From: Chara braunii | Taxonomy: Eukaryota; Plantae; Charophyceae | Reading direction: 5' to 3' | Length of the DNA: 64,000 nt | NCBI GenBank assembly: GCA_003427395.1 | Contig: BFEA01000026.1 | Coordinates: forward strand, 1,562,295 to 1,626,294 | In this document: piece by piece, positions 37,958 through 51,003 of the stretch | How positions within the stretch are numbered: position 1 is the first letter of the stretch | How the letters are laid out: every line of letters begins with the position of its first letter | Notes under the pieces: model-generated | What the model was told of the DNA's origin: nothing | What the model saw: only the letters and a program-made list of their open reading frames with translations | The model's database searches: none | Position numbers and translations under genes: made by a program

Positions 37958-39656
37958 CTACGACGACGACCGACCATGGATGGCAGCAGCGATCTCCAGC
38001 AGCGCCCAACACATCATCTTCTGCGTTTCATCTAAATCCTCGTAATGTGCTTTTTGGACTGCAACCTCGTGGTCCAGGATTTCGCATTGCCTTGTCAAGA
38101 TGCTGCATTGCCGCTTGCTTGACGAATCAATCATCGATGACATGAGCTGTCCATGGCGGTCCATCACATATGCGATTCCCTTGAACGTCTGCTGACGTGC
38201 ATTCTATCGCTTTCCGCCCACGCCACCCCTTCCTACATTTTGATCAGAATCCTTGGGTGACGACTGGTCATCGGTGAAGGCATCACCGCCACCTTTGCTC
38301 CCTATGGACTCCCCACCTCCCGCTCCTCGCCTCGGCAACTACGCCGCTTCAGGAGAGCAAGTATCGGCCACATTGGGAGGAAAAATTGTGTGATTACCCA
38401 CCATGCTCGCATGGATGTCGGCATACAATGTCCTCTCCATTCGGAACTTGAAGTTATGCTCCTTACATTCCTCCTTCGTCAACCTGAAAAATTCCTTCTC
38501 GTCGCTCTTTCCCTGGAATCTCAATATCTTCTTGTAGTTCTAGAAGAGATTGTCCCACTTTCGGAAGCAATCGTCGGCATCTTTTACCGTCCCCAGCGTA
38601 GCCAACCGTTTCGCTATATCCTCCCACTTCCACTCCCTCGTCTGCATCCGGCCGTAATTGTGACCCAGTCCAGCCATGTGCATGCCCTGCTCCCACTTGC
38701 ATCTGACGAGGAGCATCTGCTCTTCTGTTGTCCAATATGTTGCTAATTTGCCACCGTCCTCGGAAGCGCCAGCTCTGCCGCCACGACCACCGACTCGTTC
38801 AAGACCACTGCCTCTCATGCATCCTTTCGCCCTCCGAGGACGGCAGAGGACGAATATCAACGTCCTCTTCGTCATCCCCTGCTTCGATGTCCTTCGTGCT
38901 TCTGTCGTCATCGTCATCGAGGTGTGCCACATCGTCACGACCACCATTGCTGCCTGCCCGCATGTTCGACACTCCACGAGTGATGTTCTCCACGCTTGCT
39001 TGCTGCGACGGTGGTGGTCTACAATCGTTGTCGTCTCTCGCGTCGGCCTGCGTTGTCCTTGTCTGAGTACATGGCATCGAAAGACGACCACCACCAATGC
39101 CCACGGGGCCTGGTGCAACTCCGGCAGCGGGAGGGCAGCCGTCTCTGCTACGTTGCACGATAATCACATTCCTGCCATGATGTCGGTCACAGGATGACGT
39201 CCCGACACCAACAATGACGGATGAAGCGCGTGCAAGTGGCGACTCCTCAGTGTGCACACTTTGAGGACGGTGAACGCTACTCGACGAAGGTTCCAGTATA
39301 ATGATGAAGGTGTGGGTCCTTGGCGTCGCACCGCCAAACGACAAGTCGAACCTCAGATCGACCTGCCCATCGTCGTCATCCTTCAACCCTTGACGCAAGA
39401 GGGATGTGAACTCGCCACCTTGATTTGTCCCACATCCACCACCTACCAACGTCTGCGACCACTTCTTCGTCGACCTAGTACCCAAAGGTAGTGTTGCCAG
39501 CTCCTCCGCTTCTTCTTCGTCGTCCGACGGGGGCAGAGACTGCTTGTGCAGAGGCACATGGCTGTACAAGGGCGGGTCATACCGCCGGTGACGGAGCACC
39601 CTAGCTGAGCCCCCTTCACTCGCGGCCGCTACTTGTCTGCTGACGTTGAAGTTCGC
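37958..39656 (-). pseudogene. Harbinger copy 2 Myb/SANT-trihelix protein
   Basis: YWTTEEQMLLVRCK...QTREWKWEDIAKRLATLGTVKDADDCFRKWDNL. C-terminus parallels 24440-25101 (SKRQCSI, ALLEI). Stops and frameshifts. Confidence 0.88.
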
Positions 39657-40399
39657 CATTGCCCGTTCAACAAAAGTCCATTTCGTGGATGTGCGTCGTT
39701 TGTGGAGTTGCTTCCACGACCGGAACGCCAAGCACACGTGGAGGAAGACGACAAACAAGAAGACAACGACAACGAGTACCAGGGAAGGCAACCTCCGATA
39801 TACGTCTGCCATGAATCTGCGCTTTGGAGGGAGCGTTCTGCGCACACAAAGGACACAGACTCCGGCCTGCCGACAGATTCGACTGCAGGTCCTTCTACTG
39901 CCCGTAGATCGTCGGTACCATGATGGCGCAACGCCTTGTCCTCCTCCACGTTTCGTTTCAAAGGCAACGGTCGACTACGGAGAAAAGGGCACCCCCGCTT
40001 GACATTCCCGGTCTGTTTTGCCCGCCAATGGCTACCGATGGTGGCCATTGCCTTCATCCCGCCACTGGAGGCCTCCAATGTCCGACCCTTGGCCCGACGG
40101 ACAACTTATGCACCACGGACTCGGAGACAACGGTGCGCTGCGCGCGTTGCCAAGCCTCCCTGAAACGCAGCTTCCTAAAAATTTTAGATGCTTGGGAGGA
40201 GCTTAATTTTTTAGGAACTTTTGCCTGCGGAATCCTAAATTTTAAAGGACAAGTCCTAACGCCGTTTTCACATTTTCTTTCGTGAATTCGGTTTTAGGAA
40301 TGCGTGTAACCACACTGCATTCCTGAAAATCGGCATTTTTAGGAGTGTCTAACGAGACCCTGAACGAGACATTGTGATCAATTTACACTTACTCGATAA

Positions 40400-40739
40400 A
40401 TTTTATGGTTCCATGTACACTTGAGGAAACCCTTGAACAGGCTGCACTTGAAACCGAACTCCATGGCTTGACCAATCCTGGACCAGGATCGCCTGCTGGA
40501 AAAAAAGAAAAACAAAAAAAAGCCCCACTTGAGTGCTGGCAGTATCCCCTCACACTTGAACTCAAGGCTCCCCAGAGAGGTACCTCGAGTTCAAGTGCGA
40601 TTTGCCCCGGTCGCACTTGAGTTTCAAGGGCGGGCACTTGAGAGCCGGAAAGTAGAAACAACTCCGCGGCAACGTTAGGGAGGGTAGAAAGAAGAATTTC
40701 CCTCCAACCCTTGAGTTCAAGTGGTGTCGAACGAGGCCC
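40400..40739 (-). mobile_element. End of a Harbinger/Tourist-type non-autonomous element
   Basis: Ends GTGTCGAACGAGGCCC followed by TTA, a TIR similar to those at 7359 and 40360. Many CACTTGA subterminal motifs. Confidence 0.55.
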
Positions 40740-41149
40740 TTAGCCTACTAAAAAACTTAGGTTGTTAGCCTACTAAAAAACTTAGCTATAACAACCTATG
40801 CCTTTGTGCTGCTACGGTCCTAAGTACAGTTCCTGAGTAACAGACACTACTCAATACAGAGACCTATAGCCAGCCGGTTGTACCCCTTGGGGTCCTGTGA
40901 GCACATGACACTCTCCACCCTCCACCCCTTTTGGCCTACTGCAGTGTAACCCTGTGCAAAACAACCAAGTGCCCTGGTTGTGAAGAACGGTCCTAACTAA
41001 GCTACCTACCTGACGGGCTCCGCTTGCTGACTGCAGCTGGAGGCCTCGTGGCACCTGAACTTGAAATTTGTGGACACTGTATTTTTTGCCTTGGGCACTG
41101 GGCCCTTACAAAAACAGGAAATTTTGACCAAAAAGAAAACAAAAAGAAA

Positions 41150-41308
41150 GGGATATGTAGCGAAATACCCCTATAAGTTGATATATGTGCCAAAATGGCC
41201 CTAAAAGATCTAGGTAGAGCGGAATACCCCTCTGACACAAAAAAATGTTTTGCAAAGTGCCCCTGGCAGCGGGAGTGGTACATGGCAAGGGGGGCGGGGG
41301 GGAGGGAG

Positions 41309-41390
<82 letters not shown>

Positions 41391-41569
41391 ACAGTAACTT
41401 CCATCGATAGGATGAGCAACCCACTGGCCAACAGGTAAGTCTCCAACCCCGCGGCTGGACTCACACTACTTCCATGGATAGGATGAGCAAAATCGAATGA
41501 ATCTACCGCCGGAACATGAAAATATACACTGCCATACTTTTGTGTGTGTGTGCATGTGTGTGTGTGTGC

Positions 41570-41600
<31 letters not shown>

Positions 41601-41603
41601 AGC

Positions 41604-41639
<36 letters not shown>

Positions 41640-42036
41640 GAGAGAGAGACAGAGAGACAGAGAGACAGAGAGTTCTCAGAGTGGCAAGCAGGAGGATTTC
41701 AGAGATGGTGACGTGGCATAGGAGGAGCCCGAGATGGGGAACCTCACCAGGGAGGACGATGAATGACGCTGCCAAACATGGAGGGAAACTGCACCGGGCC
41801 TGGGTATTGCGCAAAGTTGCCCACCTGGTATGGAGGGCAAACCGGGTAAAACAGCGTGCAGGCCCAGGCCCAGGCCCAGGCCCCAACAACGAGGTCCAGA
41901 TTGCAAATTTGCACATGGGCCTGACAGGGGCGAAACGCAAAGACTTAGGCCCAAAAGGGTATTCCGCTCTATCCACATCTTTTAGGGGCATTTTGGCATA
42001 TTGCTCAGCTTATAGGGGTATTTCACAAATTATCCC
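41150..42036. mobile_element. Non-autonomous Mutator-like element with ~80-bp TIRs
   Basis: GGGATA...GAAATACCCCTATAAG...GCCAAAATG.CCCTAAAAGAT...AGAGCGGAATACCC (41150-41230) is inverted at ~41957-42036. A-rich flanks (AAAAAGAAA / AAAAAAAAA). Confidence 0.7.
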
Positions 42037-42653
42037 AAAAAAAAACAAAAAAGAAAAAGGGAAACATAAGCAATCGCGTCCCACACATTCTGGCCAGATA
42101 CATTCCTCAAAGCACTGGTGTCACGCATCCCGCCTTCCCCCATGAAAACAAATGATGAAGAAAACGAAAAACGATACTTCCCTTATGCTTCTATCTCGGT
42201 CCGATACAGGAGCTACAGTGCTGTTGTGAGCTAGGCTACCAGAGTGGCCCGGGGTCACTTGCCCGGCCGGGCCAAAATAATGAAAAAAAATATAATATTT
42301 TTGAATTTTATTTTTTATTTAAAATTTGGTGAAGAATTTCGATGTGACCCTCAGGCAAAAGTTGTTCAGTTTATTTTTCTGCATAACATATTTTGTTTTC
42401 GGATTTTTCTGTTCTTTGTTTTTTTTTTTTTTTTTTTGCTGGGACCTTCCCTGGTCCTTGCACGGGCTGGCCACCCGGGACCCCCCGGCTGGTAGCCTAG
42501 GTTGTGAGTAGGACATGTGTGACGCAGCTACTGTTGGTGTCCCCCGGGGCCAAGTCCACAGGCACCGTTGAACTAGTTCAATGCAACGGTGTGACACGGA
42601 ACTCGAAAGAAAGGCAAAAAAGAAGAATCAACTGGTACTTAAAGTTTTTTTCC

Positions 42654-42805
42654 CTGTTTTAGTATCTGATCTGTGGTCCATCGGACCACACGATATTAAA
42701 TTAGTTTTGCTGGGCTACAGAGGGGTCATATGGGTAGGCTTGCCTGCTCTACTCCTCCAGTGTTGCCTCTGTATTGCACTGCAGCGGAGTGTGGCGCAGC
42801 CCTCT
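42654..42805 (+). pseudogene. U2: 5'-truncated retroposed U2 snRNA
   Basis: TTTAGTATCTGAT, stem IIb TGTGGTCC-ATC-GGACCACA, CGATATTAA, stem III GTAGG-CTTG-CCTGC and loop IV GTATTGCACTGC. Followed by an A-rich tail and a degenerate flanking direct repeat. Confidence 0.85.
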
Positions 42806-43551
42806 AAATACAAAAAATAATAATAAAAAAAAATGAAGAACCAAATGTTGCTCAAAGCTTTTGTCCATATTTCCCTGAAAAATAAAATGAAGAAATACAG
42901 CAACCCTCAGTGAAAGCCTCCACATACTATGCAAAGTCGGAGGCAGTGACTCACTAGAAAGTGAAATGAACATGGACAGTACACTGGCGTGGTGCATTTA
43001 CAGAAACGAGTTTGGAGCTGCACGGCCAATGAGAGCATGAACACCTTCTGCCAGACTGTCCTCCCACGGCTGTCAGAGAGTCCTCCCACGAGGAGGTAAT
43101 GATGGCACAAGCACCGTTGAACCCATACCCCACCCCAAGTGGGGTATGTAGTCCAACGGAAGACGGGCAGGGTAAGGGGCGTTGTATTAGGGTGGAGGGA
43201 TTTTTTAGCACTTTTCTTCCCAAAAGAAAGAAACAAAAGTCTTTTCATTTCTGCTACCTAAAAACAACCACTAGATGCGCAGCTCCACATGCATCTCCAA
43301 CGTCGTGCGAGGTCACACGCGTTGGACTAGTTCAACCGTGTATGTGGGACTTGGCCCCCGTGGAAACCGCCCCTCCTCACAAAAACGAAAACATCAGAAA
43401 TCATGTTCCTCACATGCTACCCAGATACATTCCTCAAAGCACTAGTGTGACTTCCACCCCCCTGAGGGCCTTCTTCAATGTCTGGATTCAACGTTGTTAG
43501 TTTTTTTTTTTTNNNNNNNNNNNNNNNNNNNNNNNNNNNNNNNNNNNNNNN

Positions 43552-43712
43552 NTTTTTTTTTTTTTCTGGAAAACAGCCCTTGCGTAAGTCCTCTATCCTG
43601 GTGGTGATAAGAGAACCGCCAGAATTGAGGGCTTATCTGTCGGGCTGCTCCATCTATTGGTGGGGAGCAGCACCTGCTGGAAAGCAGGTCCAGTGTCCCA
43701 TTGATACATCTG
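43552..43712 (-). mobile_element. SINE-like poly(A) retroposon (representative copy of about 9)
   Basis: GGGACRCTGGACC...TTTCCAGCAGGTGCTGCTCCCCACCAATAGATGGAGC...CTCTTATCA...poly-A. Other copies at 53018, 53942, 56487, 56619, 58012, 61020 and 63277. Confidence 0.7.
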
Positions 43713-45672
43713 GTAACAGAGTTTGCTGTTTGTTGTTTCCCGGGGTAATGATCGTTTCTGACTCAGCCCGGGGCTCTGTTGTCCCATAAAGGTGCTAGTA
43801 TTACCCATCCCTTTTTCGGGAGCACCGTGTCTTATTAGCCCAGGTCTGGTCAGCAGCCCCCTTGTTTGCTATTGCTATGACTGTCCCTTCAAACCCTTTA
43901 AACCCTATACCCTCTCTAGAGCCATACATTATGTGCATCACACATGCAATATAGACCCGTTCCCTGGCCGGGGCTCACTCTTATCATCTACACTCCTATT
44001 GTCCTGCCCTGCCCACTCCCGGAAGTTACCTGTTACTCTTTCTCGCCCTGAAGTCTCTCATTCACCTGCTAGACCCAGTCTGCTTCCAGGTGTCTACAGT
44101 CCACTTGTTTGTCATTGCTATGACTGTCCCTACTAACCCTTTAAACCCTATACCCTCTGTAAAACCCTGCAACACGCATTCACACACTCGTGAAGCCTGA
44201 GGATCTGCTGTGAAACGGAATGTGATGCAAAGTGATGCAGTGCAATATGGTCTCATTGAATTTCCCTGGCCGGGGCTCTCTCCTGACATCTTGCCCTGTC
44301 CGCACCCAGTAGGTGTCCGACCCTACGCCGGACTCCCGAGCTTTTCGGATGAGGTCATTTTCCCAAATGGGACTACAGCTTGGAAAGGTAGTGGTGGTTT
44401 AAGCCCAACAAATCCAAGTGCCTGTCAAATCTGGACAGGATGGCCGTCCGGGCCCTTTTTATTTATCATTTTAGATTACGGGGAACCCCGTAGCAGCCAG
44501 CCCGAGCGCAAGCATCCGATGAGGGACATGTGGAGGTGCAACCGACCTGCAGGTGGGCGATACTGGCCAGGGGTCAGCCGGTAGCATGAGGACCAAAATT
44601 CTTCGATGGGTGGTTGTGCCTGCCCTCCTGTCCCCTCCCCCTTTGAACGTCAGTTGTCTCCGTCCATCAGGATGGTTTTTTACAAAATTGATTTCCTTTG
44701 TTTGTTGGAAGTTATCAATGACCGGAACCTACTGCTGCTATACAAACACTAAAACTTTCCTGAATGTATGAGACCTAGAGGAACATGATTGTAATCATTT
44801 CCAGAGCTCTGCCGCCCCGAAGTAGTAATCTGATCATTGAACTGGTACAGAAAAGCTGTCCCTGGTGAGCAGTGGCTGTGGTTTTCACTGCACTAACGGG
44901 GAGAGGCGTGAGTATGTTTGTGTATAATATTGGCCTCACACCACCCCACAACATTCTAAATTTATGCACTGGATTCCCACGTGGTCCTGATGCATTCCTG
45001 CAGTCTCCAGACCTTACGTTCTGCATGTATCTGGATGTTTTTCGCACCCAGATACACTGAATTTTGCAGAGTGGTGTACTGGAGAGCAAGGCCCTATGTT
45101 TGTGCTTTCCTTCTGCCAGTGGTGGCCAGCCAGACTGCTACTCCCCACAGGGTCCCCAGAATGGAAGGGGCATTCATTTAAACAACCAGTACTTCCTAGA
45201 GTCGTGCCCGTAAACAAGCCACGATTTTAAGAAACATACGGGCCACTACAGGAGTGCCCAAATTCATCCAACTAGAAACGTATCTACTCTATTTTTTTCC
45301 GCGGCCAATAGCTGGGCCAAGTACTGGTGGTTTAAAAACAACGGGAAACTACACAGGAGTCACAAAAACGAGTTATAATTGCACTATGGCCCAAGATACA
45401 GTTTGCGATTGCGGTTCGGGCAATGTATACAACCCAGCTTTCTGGCCAGGTAGGACGTCTCAATTTGCAATTTCTAAATAGTGTATTCCTGATTTTAAAT
45501 TTGGAAATTCCTATCTTCTTCTTCTTCTTTTTTTTTTTTTTTTTAAATAGACGGGCCCAGTGCTCAAGGCTGACATTACCAGTAAGAAGATTGAGGTCGA
45601 AGTCCTCACAGTTCATTCCCAGTGACCGAACCTAACATGCTGAGAATCGGGCTCAGCTTCCCTCACATTATT

Positions 45673-45709
<37 letters not shown>

Positions 45710-46856
45710 CGATGATGAACTTCTGCTGATTCTATGAAAACTGTGAGAGATAACGATACTAATGATGATGATGATGTAATGATAATGGTGATTAGTATGT
45801 AAAACATATAGAAGACTATGCTGTATAAGCAAATCTGGCCTCCTAATCCTAGAACTACTCCTAGCCCTCCTTGTGCCAGGACATTACATCTCAGAGACAA
45901 TGCCATCCTAGCCAACGTCAAGCATAGCTGACTTGTTCTCGCCACCTAGACTGTCCCGGGACCCATAGGTTGTCAAGGCACCCCCCCCCAGTTTGCCACT
46001 GGATTGCCTGCCTTCGTCAGCAAATCCCCAGATCTCTCTACAAGGCCTCACACTCCTGCCATTTGCAGGTTTTTTTTGAATGGGTGATTAATCTGATGAT
46101 CCCTCTCTTTTTTTTTTTTTAAATCGGTGAATGGTAATGCTGATGATAATGATGCTAATGAAGATGATAGAGATTAAAACTATGGAAAACAATACTACAA
46201 CAGCAATCCGGATTTCCCAATCCCTAAGCAACTCATAGGCATTCCTGTAACAGGCACAAAATCCCAGAGACAATGCCATCCTAGCCATATCAGCCATAGA
46301 CATCATGTTCTCGCCACCTAGACTATACCTTGACCCTTAGGCTGTCCTGGCGGCTCCCCCCAGTACACCACTGGATTGCCTTCCTCCCTCGACATCCCCC
46401 AGTTCTCTCTACAAGGCCTAGTGCTTCTTCTATTGCAGGGGACAGGGCGGCGGCCCAGCATTGGCCAGCATCGTTCTGCCATCAGCATACCAGGGGCACA
46501 CAACCTGATAACTCCCCTGACGCCAGCCTGGGTTCTACCATCTCCTGGAATCCTGTACCTCATAACATAGATGAAACCAGATGTCACCGAGGAGCGCACA
46601 AAGAACAGGAAGTTTGATGTAGCACTCTTGGTTAGTAAGCTCAGAGAAACTGTAGCGGTACCCCCGCGGCCCGGCAGTGAGACCGGACCAGTCTCAGGCC
46701 GTCGGCCTGACCCTGGTCCAGTACCGGGTTATCCCGGACCTGGACCTAGGCTGACATATAACTTTGGCCTAGGCCCAGGTCGGCAGTTTTGGTTCAGTTC
46801 ATTCTTGGCTGTTCGTTCATTCATTCGGTCGGATCAGCTGCTGCTTCTCGTGTGTG

Positions 46857-46940
<84 letters not shown>

Positions 46941-47112
46941 CATGTGCCACAGACCCCCCCCCCTTCTCTCCACCTCCCCCCCCTGTCTGTCGCTGCCTCC
47001 ACCGAAGAAGGTGTCCCAAATGTAGGCAATCCTTGTCGGCCCCAGCTAGGAACAGACAACACTATCCCTCACAATCTGCCCGTACTCCCTCCAGGGCATT
47101 CACTATCCACCT

Positions 47113-48178
47113 TGTGAAGCCCCTGCAGAGCAGAGCTCTCCCCTTTTGTTACATGCTGCACCTGCACACGAGGGCCATTTTCCAGGCCTTGCGTCCCTCA
47201 GGCTGAAAGCCTGAAATTCAGGCTGAAAGCCTGAAAACCAGGGCCTACAGGCCCCGTGACCATTCAGCTCGAAAGCCTGAAAAAACAGGGGCCTACAGAC
47301 CCTGTGTCATTTCAGACTAAAAATGGCAGTAGCCTTTTTAGCCTGAAATGAAGGGTCATTTCCGGTCTGTCATTAGACCGGCCTGCCCTGAAACTCAGGC
47401 ACCGAACCAGGGTTTTAGGAACATGCTACTTTTGGCCTGTTCCCACGACAGCTGCAGCGCCAGCCCCTGGCTCAGTTCGGCATTGGCAAGAGCAGCCTCC
47501 TGGACTGCCCGCCCTGCAACTGCAGTCTGCAGGCAGTCGGAGGCAGTCAGGAGGCAGGCCGAGATAGTACATAGGGACTTCCCATGCACTTCACGGGTAG
47601 GCAGGAGGCAGTAAGTAGTCTTCAGGATGCGGCAGCAGCATTCTGGAGGGAGCGCTGCAGGAGTAGTAGTATCGTTAGCATTAGTCTTCAGCGCTGGGCG
47701 CCAGTAGGTAGCTGTAGTCTTCAGCGCTGGGATCCATAGCTAGGATAGTACTAGAGAGAGACAGATGGGGCGGAGGCCAGGGATACTTACCTGCTGCGCC
47801 GTTGCTCCAGCTTCATCTTCGAGGTACCTGCATCACAGCGCCAACTTCACAGGTTAGTACCTGGCTCGTGAGAGAGAGAGAGTTCTTCTACTTCCTCTTC
47901 TCAGTCCACCATCTCCCTCTCACCCTCTCATTATCTGACTTCACTGCATCAGCAGACTACGAGAGAAAGAGAGAGAGAGAGCTTGGTGGCATTGGATCCA
48001 GACTCGACTTTTGGGCTTCGGACATTTCGACGAGGGATTATTTGGGACTTGTGACAAAGACTTGGTGTTGACGACATTCCCATCTCTCCCCCTCTTCTTC
48101 GTCTGATTCCCTCCTCTTCGTCTGTGTATGTCTGGACCTGGCGCTTCCTTCCTGTGTATAGCGCCAGGCTCCTTCACA
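47113..48178 (+). mobile_element. Solo LTR (~1.06 kb)
   Basis: TGTGAAG...CTTCACA ends. 5-bp TSD is CACCT if 47113-48176, or CCTTG if 47115-48178. Shares GGATACTTACCT.CTG.GC with the LTR at 433-1352. Confidence 0.8.
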
Positions 48179-49735
48179 CCTTGTGATGAGCATGATGTAT
48201 GTTTGGTCTGCGTTGAAACATTGATTGGGCTAGTCATGAGTATTCTAGCATTCTGCTTCGCTATCTTGTACAACGTGAAAGGGGTCAGTCCCGGTCAGGT
48301 CAGGATTTGTATCTAAATCTTCCATGCGCTATTTAGCACCATTTTGTATGCATCACATTGGTTGTTGAGATTCTACTTGCACTACATTGTCCATTCAGTC
48401 CTTTTCATCCCATTGCGGATCCTTGGTTATTATGTATATCGCGCGACTGGGCATGTAACACCCTTCCTGAATCATTGTACCTCACGCAAAATAATTACAA
48501 CATCGCACGAGGAGGGATGCGAAAAATATCTCAGGAATTTTGAGTGCACATTTTGACTAATAGAAATTAGACTTGGAGATCAGAAGTAGGAAAGTTGTGC
48601 GCTGGAGAAATGTATCCAGCCTCATTTAGCGAATTAAAAAATTTAAAAAATTAAGAAAACCAGTATGAAAATATTTCTTGAAATAGAGCAGTCTTGAACG
48701 GCTGATAATCACAATGAAGAAATCAAAAGTTAATTTAATTAGGAAATGATTAGGAATAATAGGAAATAATTGATTGGATGTTGGGGTACCAGAAAATACC
48801 ACTCAGGTTACTTAGATGAGAGAATCCGGGTTATGACTAAGAATGTAGTCAGGATTTTGGTTATGTTAGTAGTTGGAGATGATAATTGAGCTGATAATCC
48901 AAAAGGAAGTTAGATTAATAATCCATTGAAAACGTTGAGCAGATTTCCATTGTCCAAAGCAAATTAATACTAGAAAGCGAAGTGTAATAAGTGTATGAGA
49001 CTGTTGATGATTAGAACACAGACTAAACCAAGAACTTGGCAAGAAGTTTTAGAGACGTCCCCCCCCCCCNCCTCCTCCCCCCACCTTTCCCCCTCCCCCT
49101 CCCCCTCCCCGTCTATCTCTAATCACTCATGCTTCTTTTTCCCCATGAATCGCTCCCTTATTCCCCTCCCCTTCCCTGTTCCTCCTTTGATCCCAACCCC
49201 TTACCCCATCCTCGCAGCTCCGCATGCCAGTGCAGACCCTGCGACTCAGCGTGCAAGTCCACTTGCCAGCACATAGGCCCATTAGCCATCTAGCAACCCC
49301 CCAAGCCTACACGTAGCCACTCAAGCCAACTTACTGTACTACTAGCCAGCATCCAACACCATCGATCTTGCATCACACATCTTTGCGAGCAAGCACAAAG
49401 CAGCGTGAGGCAGGCAGCGGCATCGCGTGCCAGCGCATAGCACCATAGGCCAGCGAGCAAGCCTAGACCAGGCAGGAGCGTCAGTGACCAATTAGCGGTG
49501 TCGCGAGCCAACGAGTTGTTATACAAGCCATAGTCGGTCAGATCCAACAAAACATAGCAGCGAACAAACAAAGATGTGGAAGAAGGGAAACATGTCAGTA
49601 GGAGAAAAATAGGGAAGGAAAGGAAAAGTAGAGGTGAGGGAATAGAGGTAAGTCGAAGGAGAGTAGACTAGAATAAAAGAGAGACCTCCCTCCCAAAACA
49701 AAACCTAAACATGTCAAGGTGAAAATCTCCAAGTG

Positions 49736-49837
49736 GTCCTTCGGGACATCAGTTAAAATTGGAACGATACAGAGAAGCTTAGCATGGCCCCTGCGCAAGG
49801 ATGACACGCATAAATCAAGAAATGGTCCAAATGTTTT
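49736..49837 (+). pseudogene. U6: Near full-length retroposed U6 snRNA
   Basis: GTCCTTCGGGACATC...ATACAGAGAAGCTTAGCATGGCCCCTGCGCAAGGATGACACGCATAAATCAAGAAATGGTCCAAATGTTTT. A-rich tail. TSD TCTCCAAGTG(G) at 49726 and 49867. No USE/TATA promoter seen. Confidence 0.93.
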
Positions 49838-50689
49838 GCAAAAAAAAATAAAAAAAATATAAAAATTCTCCAAGTGGCGGTGTACTCGGGCGCAGCGCGG
49901 CCAGGAGCGCTGCGCCCCGCCCGCGCAGTCAGGCCGAGCGGCACTGAGCGGCGGAGCGGCGCAAAGTCGGACCGAGCGGCGCTGGACTGCAACAAGCGGC
50001 GGAGCAGCGCGATGCCGGGGGGAGTGGATTCGGGGTGGTGTGAGGGGGCGGTTGAGAGGTTTTGGGTGAATGGTTCATGATGGGAAGGATGGTGAGGAGG
50101 GTGATGCATAGTGCGTAGAGGATGAGGTTGATACGAAGAGGCTGCTTGTGAAGGGCTGCGAAGGGTATGGTTTGCCAACATCATCATCAGAGCTACGAAT
50201 TGCAGGGTGTCACGTGTCCAACGAAAGAATCAGGTGATGAAGGGCAACGAAGGGCATGGAAGGTCTGTTCCCCCCCGGACTACCAGTGAGGGGTCACCGA
50301 CAGGTTCGGTGTTTTTGTCTTGCTACGTAGCAAGTGAGGGGTAAAGTGAAACCACGGTTCGTAGTCCTTATTGTTCAGTCTTTTTTCGATGGCCGAGAGA
50401 GTGGCCACGTGATGGCTGAGTTGCCTTCAGGTCAATAACGGAGGGGGTGAAGGTTTGGGGGAGACAAACACATCATGATGAGAGGTCGGTTTATATGCTG
50501 CGATCCATAGTTTTGTGGGATGCTTGATGCTCTTCGTGGCTTGATTGACCTCTTTTTTTTCGTTTTGATCTCGTTTTTTAGGGAGATAGCTTCAAGATAG
50601 TAACTCGATTTTGATTTTCAGATGATTGTAAATTTGAGTTTTGATTCTAATCTCATGACAGGTAGCTTTAGGTTTTCAATTTGAATTTG

Positions 50690-51003
50690 ATTCAAGACAA
50701 CGGGCTCATGAATGATTTCAAAATTTTCCGAATAATTCTTGATTTGATTTTTTCATGTTGATGATCGTAAAACAGAGTTTCGTCTCTGATCTCGAATAAT
50801 GTTTTCTATTTTTTTAGATTCTCAATGAACTCGTGAAGAATAATCCACGTACCTGATTCCAGACAGTGGGCTTAGGAATGCTCTCAAAATTTTTCGAATA
50901 ATTCTCGATTTGTTCTTTTCATATTGACCATCGTAAATCAAAGCTTTGTCTCTGATCTCGAATAATGATTTCTAACCTTTTAGATTTCCAATGGTCTCGT
51001 GAA
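50690..51003. repeat. ~170-bp imperfect tandem duplication
   Basis: CAAAATTTT.CGAATAATTCT.GATTTG...GTCTCTGATCTCGAATAATG occurs twice. Confidence 0.7.

Noticed and set aside
43890-43912. Interstitial telomere repeats or telomerase template (AAACCCTTTAAACCCTA; also 44135 and 53740)
   Set aside because: Only about two degenerate units, embedded in a dispersed repeat.
44200-46600. Host gene exons in 44-46.6 kb (also 50-53.5 kb and 62-64 kb)
   Set aside because: No recognisable domain or consistent exon chain. Parts recur elsewhere (46440 versus 52220 inverted), indicating decayed repeats.
47783-47793. U1 snRNA gene (ATACTTACCTG)
   Set aside because: No downstream U1 stem-loops or Sm site; it lies within an LTR and is better read as an antisense splice donor.
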